A DNA stretch of 61,235 bases, the filler included, from an uncultured Chlamydiae bacterium (GTDB taxonomy: Bacteria > Chlamydiota > Chlamydiia > Chlamydiales > SM23-39), in assembly GCA_937899275.1 (NCBI GenBank). It is 5 parts of 5 records of this genome, joined end to end, with 100 filler letters (N's around TTAATTAATTAA, not from the genome) between each part and the next. Parts side by side here need not be neighbours in the genome. Positions count along the whole stretch, not along the records: positions 26,607 to 54,187 come from CALBPE010000110.1; positions 54,288 to 59,468 come from CALBPE010000116.1; 3 more parts are not named here. The stretch is one strand, 5' to 3'. Positions 47,164 to 55,884 of the stretch are shown here, piece after piece. The notes below the pieces were generated by a model. That model made no database searches, had not been told where the DNA came from, and saw only the letters and a program-made list of their open reading frames with translations. A program made the translations under genes and the position numbers. The stretch's first letter is position 1. Each line of letters starts with the position of its first letter.

Positions 47164-48318
47164 ATGAGCGATTATTATAGTATTCTTGGCGTTTCTCAAA
47201 CGTCGTCTCCAGAACAAATCAAAAAAGCCTTACGAAAGATAGCCTTAATACATCATCCCGATAAATATCCCGATGATCCGAACGCAGAAAAGTTGTTCAA
47301 GAATGTTTCAGAAGCATATGAAGTCTTAAGCGACGAGCAAAAAAGAAAAATCTACGATCAATACGGTGAAGATGGTCTTAAAGGCTTTGGCGCAGGCGGC
47401 GCGCAAGGGGGCTTTAGCTCCATGGAAGAAGCTCTTCGGACATTTATGGGCGCTTTTGGCGGAGGCGGAGCTGGTGATTCCATTTTTGAATCGTTCTTTG
47501 GTGGAGGATCTTCTCAAGAGGGGTTTTCTGAAGCAAGACAAGGCGCAAGTAAAAAAGTTGGGATCACGATTCGGTTTGAGGAAGCTGCTGAAGGGTGCAC
47601 AAAAGAGCTTGCAATCCAAAATTTTGTTAGCTGCGGCTCTTGTAATGGTAGAGGGGCAGTCAACCCGTCAGATATTCAGACATGTCCCACATGTCAAGGA
47701 CAGGGACAGGTATTTCAAAGCCGCGGTTTTTTCTCTATGTCTTCCACTTGCCCTCGCTGTAAAGGAACAGCGCAAATCATCCGCAATCCCTGCTCTTCTT
47801 GTAGAGGAGAAGGCCGCGTGAAAGAACGCCAAAAAGTCAAAGTAGGTATTCCTGCAGGAGTCGACTCGGGCATGCGCCTAAAGATGAGCGGCTACGGTGA
47901 CGCAGGGGTAAACGGCGGTCCAAATGGCGATCTATATGTCTTCATTGAAGTTGCGCCTCATGAAGCTTTCACCCGCCAAGGTGATGATGTCTACTTAGAC
48001 CTTCTCATCACATTTACAGAAGCTGCCCTAGGAACAACAAAAGAAGTTCCCACTATCCTAAATGAAAAATGCCGCGTAGTGATTCCTAAAGGCACGCAAA
48101 ATGGTAAATGCCTTTCTGTTAAAAACAAAGGAGTTCCCAATGTCCATGGTAACGGCTCTGGCAGCTTAATCCTGAGAATAAAAGTGGAGACCCCTGTCAA
48201 CCTGTCAACAGAACAAGAAGAGCTTCTCCTTGCTTTTCAAAAGCTGGAAACGCCGCAAAACCACCCCCAGAAAAAAAGCTTTTTAGAAAAGATGCGTGTT
48301 TTTTTTTCGACTTCGTAA
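47164..48318 (+). CDS. dnaJ: Chaperone DnaJ
   Basis: J domain with HPD, G/F-rich region, four CxxCxGxG-type repeats, C-terminal domain. Confidence 0.97.
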   Translation: MSDYYSILGVSQTSSPEQIKKALRKIALIHHPDKYPDDPNAEKLFKNVSEAYEVLSDEQKRKIYDQYGEDGLKGFGAGGAQGGFSSMEEALRTFMGAFGGGGAGDSIFESFFGGGSSQEGFSEARQGASKKVGITIRFEEAAEGCTKELAIQNFVSCGSCNGRGAVNPSDIQTCPTCQGQGQVFQSRGFFSMSSTCPRCKGTAQIIRNPCSSCRGEGRVKERQKVKVGIPAGVDSGMRLKMSGYGDAGVNGGPNGDLYVFIEVAPHEAFTRQGDDVYLDLLITFTEAALGTTKEVPTILNEKCRVVIPKGTQNGKCLSVKNKGVPNVHGNGSGSLILRIKVETPVNLSTEQEELLLAFQKLETPQNHPQKKSFLEKMRVFFSTS

Positions 48319-48457
48319 AAAGTTATTTCTAATTTTTAGATAAGCCTTTGTTGCTATCTGCAACTGGTAGACGCCGGTCTTTTTAGAAAAAATCATGTAC
48401 AAAAAATCAAATTTTTTAGTACCTTGCCCATCTTAAATAAAAAAAGCAGGTACCTCC

Positions 48458-49285
48458 ATGCAGTTATTTCATTATTTTTGTTTTCTATTTCTATCTATTT
48501 TTAGCATCACAACAGCTCATGCAGCGGCTACAAAAGAGCCTTCTTTAGAAGCTGTACAATCTTTATCAGAAAAACTGGGTTTAAGAGACTCGGGCAATTT
48601 ACTCCAAGAAATCCAAAAATATTGGATGCGAAGACCTGGCTCTGAACGCTTTGAAATGTTGCCGTTAAAACGGGAGCAGCAACACTTGATTTTATCCTGG
48701 GCCAAAGATCATAGCCTCATCCACGAGTGGTACCCCCCGCAAAAAAAATATGATTACATTGCGGTATTTGGAGCGCGTATCAACGGTATGATCCACCGGA
48801 TCCGGTTTTTAGAAAAAATCCTAGAGGAGGGAGTCGACACAAAGGAAATTATCTTTATGACCGGTATGCGCCCTTTAGGACAAGATGAAAAGTACGACGC
48901 GCCTGGCTGCGATACAGAATACGATGCAGCAAAGTACCTTTGGAAAACCCAGAGAATTAGCAAGAAAACCGACAAGATCAAGTGCCGGTTTATCTGCGTC
49001 GATATGCAAGAAACAACTGAAGGAATGCGAAGACCAAATACGCGAGACGTGGTGCTAGAAATGGCAAAACACTACCCCCCTTCTGCAAAATATCTATTTG
49101 TTAGTAGCCAACCTTTTTGTTACTACCAAAAAACAATTGTCGAACACTCTTTACCAAAAGAATACGACTTCGATGTTGCAGGAGAAAGGTTTTGCACCTA
49201 CTATTATGTTGCACCTGCAGCTGTTGTCTTAGACACGCTCACGCGGATTTTGTATGAAAAGAAGATGTATTCAAGCGGTTTTTAA
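48458..49285 (+). CDS. Hypothetical exported protein (possibly distantly DUF218/YdcF-like)
   Basis: Signal peptide ending AHA; motifs YDYIAVFGA, FMTGMRPL, TEYD, RPNTRD, FVSSQPF. Confidence 0.6.
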   Translation: MQLFHYFCFLFLSIFSITTAHAAATKEPSLEAVQSLSEKLGLRDSGNLLQEIQKYWMRRPGSERFEMLPLKREQQHLILSWAKDHSLIHEWYPPQKKYDYIAVFGARINGMIHRIRFLEKILEEGVDTKEIIFMTGMRPLGQDEKYDAPGCDTEYDAAKYLWKTQRISKKTDKIKCRFICVDMQETTEGMRRPNTRDVVLEMAKHYPPSAKYLFVSSQPFCYYQKTIVEHSLPKEYDFDVAGERFCTYYYVAPAAVVLDTLTRILYEKKMYSSGF

Positions 49286-50221
49286 TCGCGTTTCTCTCTC
49301 TATAGTATCAGGAATCAATTGCATATGGCGCATCTCATCGTAGATGCGCTTTTTTTCTTCCTCACAAGCTTCGATGAAAGGCAAAAAAACTGAGGGTTTG
49401 CAAAGCCCAAGATAAGAAAGCATCTGTTTTAATCCAATAAGAGCTCCATCTAGAGTCTGATCTTTTTGATAAATGGCGCTGATTTCTTGCATCTTTTCCC
49501 ATAAAAGGCGCGCTTCATCTTTTCGGTTGAGGCGGATATTTACATAGAGATCTTGATAACTTTTTGGAAAAAGATTAGCGGTTGCAGCGACGATAGCATC
49601 CGCTCCTAAAGCAAGAGCATCCAGCTGCAAATGTTCCACATCAGAGATGAACGCAAAGTCGGTGCGGCTTTTCCAAAGAGATAGACTAGTAGTTAGGCGG
49701 CTGTTTTCCCCTTCTGCATCTTGTATACCTAAGATATTGGGATGGCAGCTCAGTTGATGTACCACATCTAAAGGGATAGAAGCGTGTGTAATATAGGGGA
49801 TATTATGCAAAAATAGCGGCCCTGAAACTCTATCGGCAAGGTAGGAGTAATAACGGAGGATATGCACTTTTTTTAGAGGATAATACGAAGGCATAGAGAC
49901 CATGACAGCGGATATACCTAAAGAAAAAAATATCTCTGCAATTTCTAGAGCTTTTTGCGCGCTACTTTCATGGATGCAGGCATAAATAGGCAGGCTTTCT
50001 TTTGTGCTTTGGATGATAGAAGAGATATAACGCTGTATCTCTAATGATCCGCTCATATCGATGGACGGCCCTTCCCCAATACCGCTAAAAAGTAGCAGCG
50101 TAGAGCCTTTGTTTTGCATATGCTGACCGAGCTTTTTTAGTGAAAGGTAGTCAAACTGGTGATATTCATTGATGGGGGTAACTAAGGGAACGATGACGCC
50201 TTTAGGTAGTATTCTGTGCAT
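49271..50221 (-). CDS. Dihydrodipicolinate synthase (DapA/NAL) family protein with substituted catalytic residues
   Basis: KGVIVPLVTP, PSYYP, LFLHNIP, HPNILGIQDA, ALGADA...ANLFP; fold signature clear, catalytic positions altered. Confidence 0.8.
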   Translation of the reverse strand: MHRILPKGVIVPLVTPINEYHQFDYLSLKKLGQHMQNKGSTLLLFSGIGEGPSIDMSGSLEIQRYISSIIQSTKESLPIYACIHESSAQKALEIAEIFFSLGISAVMVSMPSYYPLKKVHILRYYSYLADRVSGPLFLHNIPYITHASIPLDVVHQLSCHPNILGIQDAEGENSRLTTSLSLWKSRTDFAFISDVEHLQLDALALGADAIVAATANLFPKSYQDLYVNIRLNRKDEARLLWEKMQEISAIYQKDQTLDGALIGLKQMLSYLGLCKPSVFLPFIEACEEEKKRIYDEMRHMQLIPDTIERETRLKTA

Positions 50222-50309
50222 TTTTCCACTCCTCAAATGCTTTATGTAATAAAGTATGAAAAAATTGCAGGTTTAACGCCTAGAAATTTTTACTACATTA
50301 GGTATTTTT

Positions 50310-51401
50310 TTAATCAAAAGGAGAAAGATGCACTTTATCTTGAATCTGTTTTTGTATATTAGATAGATCTTGCACCGTTTTTACTGACTGGTATACCTGA
50401 TTTTTTGGAAAAACCACCGGCAGTACCTTCTGCAAATAGGGAAAAATATCAAAGAAAAAACGCTCCCCTTTATAGCCTTCTACCCCTTGATGATTTTTTT
50501 CTGCCCAATGCATGGGCAAATGCACCGGACGATTGAGGAGTGTTTGCAACGTTTTTGCCCGCATGCAGTAATGGCCGACATTGGCAAACCCTCCTTTTTC
50601 TGGAAGGAGGTATTCAGAATACTCATAGATACGCGCTGCTGTATTTTGACTTTGTACTACTCCTAAAGTAGGCTCTTTTCCCCTTGGAAACACCTGAAAG
50701 GTAAGGTCCACTTGAAACTGTTCCAATGCGCTTTCTAAAGGGGTAGACACCATCTCTGAAAGAAATAGATCGCAGTTGACAAAATGGACATAATCCACCT
50801 CTTGTAGAGCTTTTTCTGTGCAAAAAGGGGCTTTTGCCAGAGCAGAAAACACATCACCATTTCCCCTTGGAACCTCTACAATAGGAGGATGTTTCCCAAG
50901 AATAAAGCCCCCTTGTTTAGAAAAAAAAGGGTAGTTTCCCTGTGAAAATATCTCGATTTTCTTCAAAGGAAATGAGCGGCTTTGTACATAAGAAGAAACC
51001 GCAGAAAACCCTTCCGTACTACTCATAATCCATAAAGATGTATCTGGAGAGGCCTGCAACATATCTTGTGCGATCCAATCAAGAATCGTCCGGTTTTTTG
51101 CAATAGGCGTTAAGATTTTTGGCAGGTTTAACTGCATCCGACTTGCTAGACCTGCAGCAAAAAGAATCACCATCGAGCGTTTCTTTTGAGGTGGATCATT
51201 CAGAGTAGAATAGAAAGGAAAACAATCCGTTTCTCCAAAAGGAATTGGTTTTTTTTCTATTTTTTTGGGACCACCTTCCCATTTGTTTGCAATCAAAGCT
51301 AACTGATTGGAAAAATGGGTCTTTTCGGCAGAAGAGCGCTTTTCCAAATGGGGGAAAAGAGCGCTTTGCCCTAAGTCTGAAAGGAGGTTTTGTATGTTCA
51401 T
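50310..51401 (-). CDS. UDPGP-family nucleotidyltransferase (eukaryote-type UDP-GlcNAc/UDP-Glc pyrophosphorylase-like)
   Basis: AAGLASRMQLNLPK, IMSS, FSQG, PRGNGDVF, VNCD, EYSE, KGERFFFDIF. Confidence 0.78.
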   Translation of the reverse strand: MNIQNLLSDLGQSALFPHLEKRSSAEKTHFSNQLALIANKWEGGPKKIEKKPIPFGETDCFPFYSTLNDPPQKKRSMVILFAAGLASRMQLNLPKILTPIAKNRTILDWIAQDMLQASPDTSLWIMSSTEGFSAVSSYVQSRSFPLKKIEIFSQGNYPFFSKQGGFILGKHPPIVEVPRGNGDVFSALAKAPFCTEKALQEVDYVHFVNCDLFLSEMVSTPLESALEQFQVDLTFQVFPRGKEPTLGVVQSQNTAARIYEYSEYLLPEKGGFANVGHYCMRAKTLQTLLNRPVHLPMHWAEKNHQGVEGYKGERFFFDIFPYLQKVLPVVFPKNQVYQSVKTVQDLSNIQKQIQDKVHLSPFD

Positions 51402-51491
51402 AACGATCTTTTAAGAAAAAGATTGTAGCGAACATAGATTTTTCCTGCACGAACGTGGGAAAAAAGAGCCTTGAGAAGATCGATTCTGCAT

Positions 51492-52436
51492 TTACAGGGA
51501 AAACACCGATTTTCCAACAAAGTGCCCTTTTTCTAATTCTTCATGGGCATACGCCGCCTCTTGTAAAGAAAAGGTGCGGCCAAGTTGTACGCGCAGCTGA
51601 CCTTTTTCTGTTAATGCGGCTAACTGATCAAAAATCTCTCTAGAAGGGCTCTGAACAAATGAGAGGGCTTTTTTACCCTGTTTTTTAGCCTCATCTACAA
51701 TCAAGTTCACCTGAGCTGTGGGAACAGAAATCAATACCCCATCTTTTTTTAGGATCTGTAAAGACTGTTTTCCAATATCTTTTCCTATAAGATCGACGAT
51801 CACATCCACGCCTTCTTTTAATACCTCGATAAAATCTTCTTTGTGGTAATCGATCGGGTTATCCACCCCTAAGCTGCGCAAAAAAGCATGATTTTTTTTC
51901 GATGCCGTAGCCGACACATACGCTCCTTTTGCTTTGGCAACTTGTACCGTTAAATGACCTACTCCCCCGGCGCCTGCATGGATCAAGACATGCATACCTG
52001 GTTTTACCCCTGTTTTTTCAATCACCTGGTACGCAGTAGTGGCAGCGGTCCCTAAAGCAGCTGCTTCTTCAAAAGAAAGAGACTTTGGCTTTAAAGCAAT
52101 GGTTTTTGGCGACGCGGCTATGTATTCTTGATAGCAGCCTGGGTTCGAGGGAAACCCTACTGTTCCAAAAACAAGATCTCCTTTCTTACTGTGCGCAGCT
52201 TTTTTACCCACTTCGATAATTTCTCCAGAAAAATCGTATCCGAGCCCAAAAGGAAAAGATACATGTAACCGAGGTGCAATCGAAGGACCTCCACTACGCA
52301 CTTTATAATCAATAGGGTTAATACCTGCAGCTTTGATCCGGATGAGCACCTGATCATCTTGCATACTAGGCATAGAAATATCCATAAGCTCCATAACAGA
52401 GGGGGGACCAAACTTCTGAATTTGTATTGCTTTCAT
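51492..52436 (-). CDS. NADP-dependent oxidoreductase (MDR, quinone oxidoreductase-like)
   Basis: MKAIQIQKFGPP, GINPIDYK, GYDFSG, VLIHAGAGGVG, AHEELEKGHFVGK. Confidence 0.92.
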   Translation of the reverse strand: MKAIQIQKFGPPSVMELMDISMPSMQDDQVLIRIKAAGINPIDYKVRSGGPSIAPRLHVSFPFGLGYDFSGEIIEVGKKAAHSKKGDLVFGTVGFPSNPGCYQEYIAASPKTIALKPKSLSFEEAAALGTAATTAYQVIEKTGVKPGMHVLIHAGAGGVGHLTVQVAKAKGAYVSATASKKNHAFLRSLGVDNPIDYHKEDFIEVLKEGVDVIVDLIGKDIGKQSLQILKKDGVLISVPTAQVNLIVDEAKKQGKKALSFVQSPSREIFDQLAALTEKGQLRVQLGRTFSLQEAAYAHEELEKGHFVGKSVFSL

Positions 52437-52567
52437 TCTTCTACCAGATACGATATACAAGAAAATTAGAAAAGAAATTTTTATATTATCCTTTGGTAGA
52501 TAGAGGGAAATCTTTTATAATTGATTGCAATAAGTAAGCCAGTAACTACTGAAGGATCAACTACTCG

Positions 52568-53134
52568 ATGAATGCAATCACGTTAAGCACAAAAAGACTA
52601 CTACTTCGCCCATGGAAAACCAGCGACTTTGCCCCTTTTGCTGCGATGAACCAAGATCCAAGGGTGATGCGGTTTTTTCCAAAAACGCTAAGCCGAGAAG
52701 AAAGCGATACCCTTGCAGAAAAACTCCGTTTACATCTTGAGCAAAATCCTTACGGGCTTTGGGCCGTAGAATTATTTGAAGAAGCCTCTTTCATCGGCTT
52801 TGTAGGTATTCATAAGCCGGTCTTTGAAGCGGCTTTCATGCCGTGTGTAGAAATCGGCTGGCGCCTAGCCTATCCTTACTGGGGAAAAGGCTATGCAAAA
52901 GAAGCAGCTATTCGGGCGCTTCAGTATGCGTTTACAACGCTTGCTATACCAGAAATTGTCTCTTTTGCCTCTGCAATCAACGCCCGCTCTATCGGGCTTA
53001 TGAAGCGCTTGGGCATGCAAAGAAATCCCGAAGAAGATTTTTTGCATCCAGATACTCCCAAGGGGCATATCCTTTCTCCACATGTATTATACCGATTATC
53101 CAAAAAGCAGTTTGCAAAAAGGCGCCCTGGATAA
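52568..53134 (+). CDS. RimJ/RimL-type GNAT N-acetyltransferase
   Basis: TKRLLLRPW, EIGWRLAYPYWGKGYAKEAA, NARSIGLMKRLGM. Confidence 0.92.
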   Translation: MNAITLSTKRLLLRPWKTSDFAPFAAMNQDPRVMRFFPKTLSREESDTLAEKLRLHLEQNPYGLWAVELFEEASFIGFVGIHKPVFEAAFMPCVEIGWRLAYPYWGKGYAKEAAIRALQYAFTTLAIPEIVSFASAINARSIGLMKRLGMQRNPEEDFLHPDTPKGHILSPHVLYRLSKKQFAKRRPG

Positions 53135-53136
53135 AA

Positions 53137-53613
53137 CTACAAGCGAAAAAGCCGTTTGATGCCAATACCATCTACTAAAAGGTGGCCTAAGTCGGCAAAA
53201 AACACACCAAAAACCCCGTAGTAGACAAGATGTTTGTGCAACGATACGTAGTAGAAAAAAGAGTCATAGCCATCAAGGCTTCTATACAGAAAGTAAAATA
53301 CGATGAGATAGACTCCAAATGCCCAAACGAGTCTAGATACTGTCCCTAAAATGATGTGATGGGAAATGCCTCTATGCATAAACACGCGGGAATACCACCG
53401 AAAAGGAAGCGAACATAGTCCACGTACCGAAAATAACTTCACCTGATGGACAAGATCAAGATCAGGGTTCATGAAAAAAGTTGCATAAAAAAAAGCTCCT
53501 GAAAACGCTCCCAGCTGACTGTAGGTGGGATGCATCCAAAAATGCAAAACTAAAAAAGCAGTGGGAAACCAAAATAAACAATTGTGTTTTACATGACCTC
53601 GGTAATTGGACAT
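53137..53613 (-). CDS. DUF2227-like putative metal-binding membrane protein
   Basis: YRGH, FMNPDLD, HRGISH...GT, HLLVD. Confidence 0.75.
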   Translation of the reverse strand: MSNYRGHVKHNCLFWFPTAFLVLHFWMHPTYSQLGAFSGAFFYATFFMNPDLDLVHQVKLFSVRGLCSLPFRWYSRVFMHRGISHHIILGTVSRLVWAFGVYLIVFYFLYRSLDGYDSFFYYVSLHKHLVYYGVFGVFFADLGHLLVDGIGIKRLFRL

Positions 53614-53632
53614 AACTGAAAAAACCTTTCCT

Positions 53633-54187
53633 TCAAAACCTTTGCATCAGTAGAGATGTTCGTTTTACACTTTTCGCATTTTTTCTACTATAGCCATAAA
53701 AAATGCTGGCAAAAACGCCTAATATGCCAAGAAAAAAAAACGCTCCTTCTACAAAATATCTCTCAGAAAAAACCTGCGTCAAACCTATAGGGAGTATGCT
53801 GGCAAGGCAAAACGCGCTGTTATATAAAATCAACACCACTTTTGCCTGGCTTTTCTCATGAAAAAGAGAGAAAACCCAAGGGAAATATCCGGTGAAAAGA
53901 CCAACAGCTGCCCATTGATAAAGAAGAAAAAACAGAAAAAACTGCTCTTTTTGTATGCATAGATACGCCGCAGGCAGAAAAAAAACCATCTGCAATAAGC
54001 TGTAGAAAAAGCCTACTTCAGGCATTTTTGTATACAGCTTTCCTACAATCCACTGAAAAAAAATAGCGGCCACAACACCTAACGTCATATAGGGAAAAAT
54101 CTCTTTTAAAAGATAGCCATACTCTTGTTTCATCCAGTAGGGAAAATAGAGGTGCGCTACGACGACAGAGGCAAAAAACAGGCTGAC
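53633..54187 (-). CDS. Membrane transporter C-terminal fragment (MFS-like), 5' end lost at contig edge
   Basis: Frame open from the contig edge through about six hydrophobic segments. Confidence 0.5.
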   Translation of the reverse strand, partial: VSLFFASVVVAHLYFPYWMKQEYGYLLKEIFPYMTLGVVAAIFFQWIVGKLYTKMPEVGFFYSLLQMVFFLPAAYLCIQKEQFFLFFLLYQWAAVGLFTGYFPWVFSLFHEKSQAKVVLILYNSAFCLASILPIGLTQVFSERYFVEGAFFFLGILGVFASIFYGYSRKNAKSVKRTSLLMQRF

Positions 54188-54287
54188 NNNNNNNNNNNNN
54201 NNNNNNNNNNNNNNNNNNNNNNNNNNNNNNNTTAATTAATTAANNNNNNNNNNNNNNNNNNNNNNNNNNNNNNNNNNNNNNNNNNNN
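54188..54287. other. Artificial contig spacer
   Basis: N-run, TTAATTAATTAA, N-run. Confidence 0.98.
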
Positions 54288-55316
54288 TTTAGAGCGGTAC
54301 TATATTCCTCAGCTGAGTTTATGAGCCTCTTTTTTTAGTAAAAGGCCTTTTTTATCCATTGCATCAACGACAGCTTGTCTAGCATCTAGAGCAGATAACC
54401 CTTGAAATGAGCCGCCATTTTCATTGATTTTAGCATCTTTTGTTAAGATATTGATGAAGGGAAGATCATGCCTTTTTCCAATTTCATAGTCGTTAAAATC
54501 ATGCGCAGGGGTGATTTTAACGCAGCCAGAGCCAAAATCTGGATCGACATGCTCATCTGCAATAATCGGAATTTGCCTATCTGTTAATGGTAGAGCGATC
54601 TTTTTACCGATACATGACTGGAATCTACTATCTTCTGGATGCACAGCTACGGCAACATCTCCTAACATGGTTTCTGGTCTTGTCGTTGCAATAACTAGAC
54701 TTTCTTCAGAGCCGTGTAAGGGGTAGTTAAAATACCAAAGAAAAGAGTCTTTTTCCTCATATTCTACTTCATCGTCAGAAAGGGCGGTTTGTAGTACAGG
54801 ATCCCAGTTGACTAGGTAGCTTCCTCGGTAGATGTAGCCTTGATCAAATAGCTGTTTAAAACAGGTGAAAACTGCCTTAGAGCTGCCTTCATCCATAGTA
54901 AAGCGTTTTCTTGACCAATCTAAAGATGAGCCCATCATCTGCAATTGAGATATAATAGCGCCTTCTTTTTCTTTGGTAAAACGCCAGATTTCTTCTAAAA
55001 ATTCTTGTCGTGAAAAATCATTTCGGGTTTTACCCGATTGGGAGTAAAGGGTTTTTTCTACAACAGATTGCGTTGCAATACCTGCGTGATCGGTTCCAGG
55101 TAGGAAAAGCGTTTTATAGCCCTCCATCCGTTTTTTTCGGATTAAGATATCTTGCAGCGTATTATCAAGGGCGTGGCCCATGTGTAATACCCCGGTAACG
55201 TTAGGAGGAGGTAAAATGATTGTGTAGCTTTCTTGACCAGAAATAGGCGCATGAAATCGTTTCCAGAAGTCACGCCATTTTTGTTCAAATTCTTGAGGTA
55301 GGTACGCTTTATCCAT
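54288..55316 (-). CDS. valS: Valine--tRNA ligase, N-terminal part (runs off the contig; two stops in the last 24 nt)
   Basis: PPPNVTGVLHMGHAL, GTDHAGIATQ, DWSRKRFTMD, ATTRPETMLGD, VKITPAHDFNDY; end reads HKLS*GI*YRSK. Confidence 0.95.
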
Positions 55317-55326
55317 AGCGTAAATC

Positions 55327-55884
55327 TTAACAAGAGGACTTAGATACAAGCAAATAGAAAAGTGCTGAAGAAAGAAGACTATCTACATGAGAAGATTTTT
55401 CTTTTAATAAAGCGATCAGCTCTTTTTCTTTTAACAACATCACCTGAATCACCTCAGAAGGAGAGATACTTGGCTCTTGTATTTTTTCACATTCTCTAGA
55501 GTAAAATACATCGATTGCTTGATCTGTAACAGATGGCATCGGGTTATGTATGCAAAGAGGGGTAAGGTGTTTAGCCTCGTAGCCGGTTTCTTCAAGGAGC
55601 TCTCTTTTCGCCGCATGTAGGCTCGGCTCTTTGCCTTCAACCCTTCCTCCAGGGATAGAAAACATCCATTTGCCTATTGGATAGCGGTATTCTTTGATGA
55701 TTAAAAACCTACCGCAGATATCTTGACTCAATACAGCGGCGGCGCGAGCTTTTGTCAGAAGGACGGTGTAATTTTCTGGAGTGTTTCCACTTTTTATCGT
55801 GTCAATCCGAAGATCGAAAAAACCTCTATGAACGTAGGTCTTTTCGATAGTCTCGGGTATACCTTCCTTCAAGTAATCTTTCAT
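55327..55884 (-). CDS. NUDIX hydrolase (ADP-ribose pyrophosphatase-like)
   Basis: Nudix box GGRVEGKEPSLHAAKRELLEETGY; EYRYP. Confidence 0.9.
   Translation of the reverse strand: MKDYLKEGIPETIEKTYVHRGFFDLRIDTIKSGNTPENYTVLLTKARAAAVLSQDICGRFLIIKEYRYPIGKWMFSIPGGRVEGKEPSLHAAKRELLEETGYEAKHLTPLCIHNPMPSVTDQAIDVFYSRECEKIQEPSISPSEVIQVMLLKEKELIALLKEKSSHVDSLLSSALFYLLVSKSSC

Noticed and set aside
52568..53134. Second GNAT as part of the RiPP pathway
   Set aside because: On a different contig and a common standalone RimJ/RimL type.
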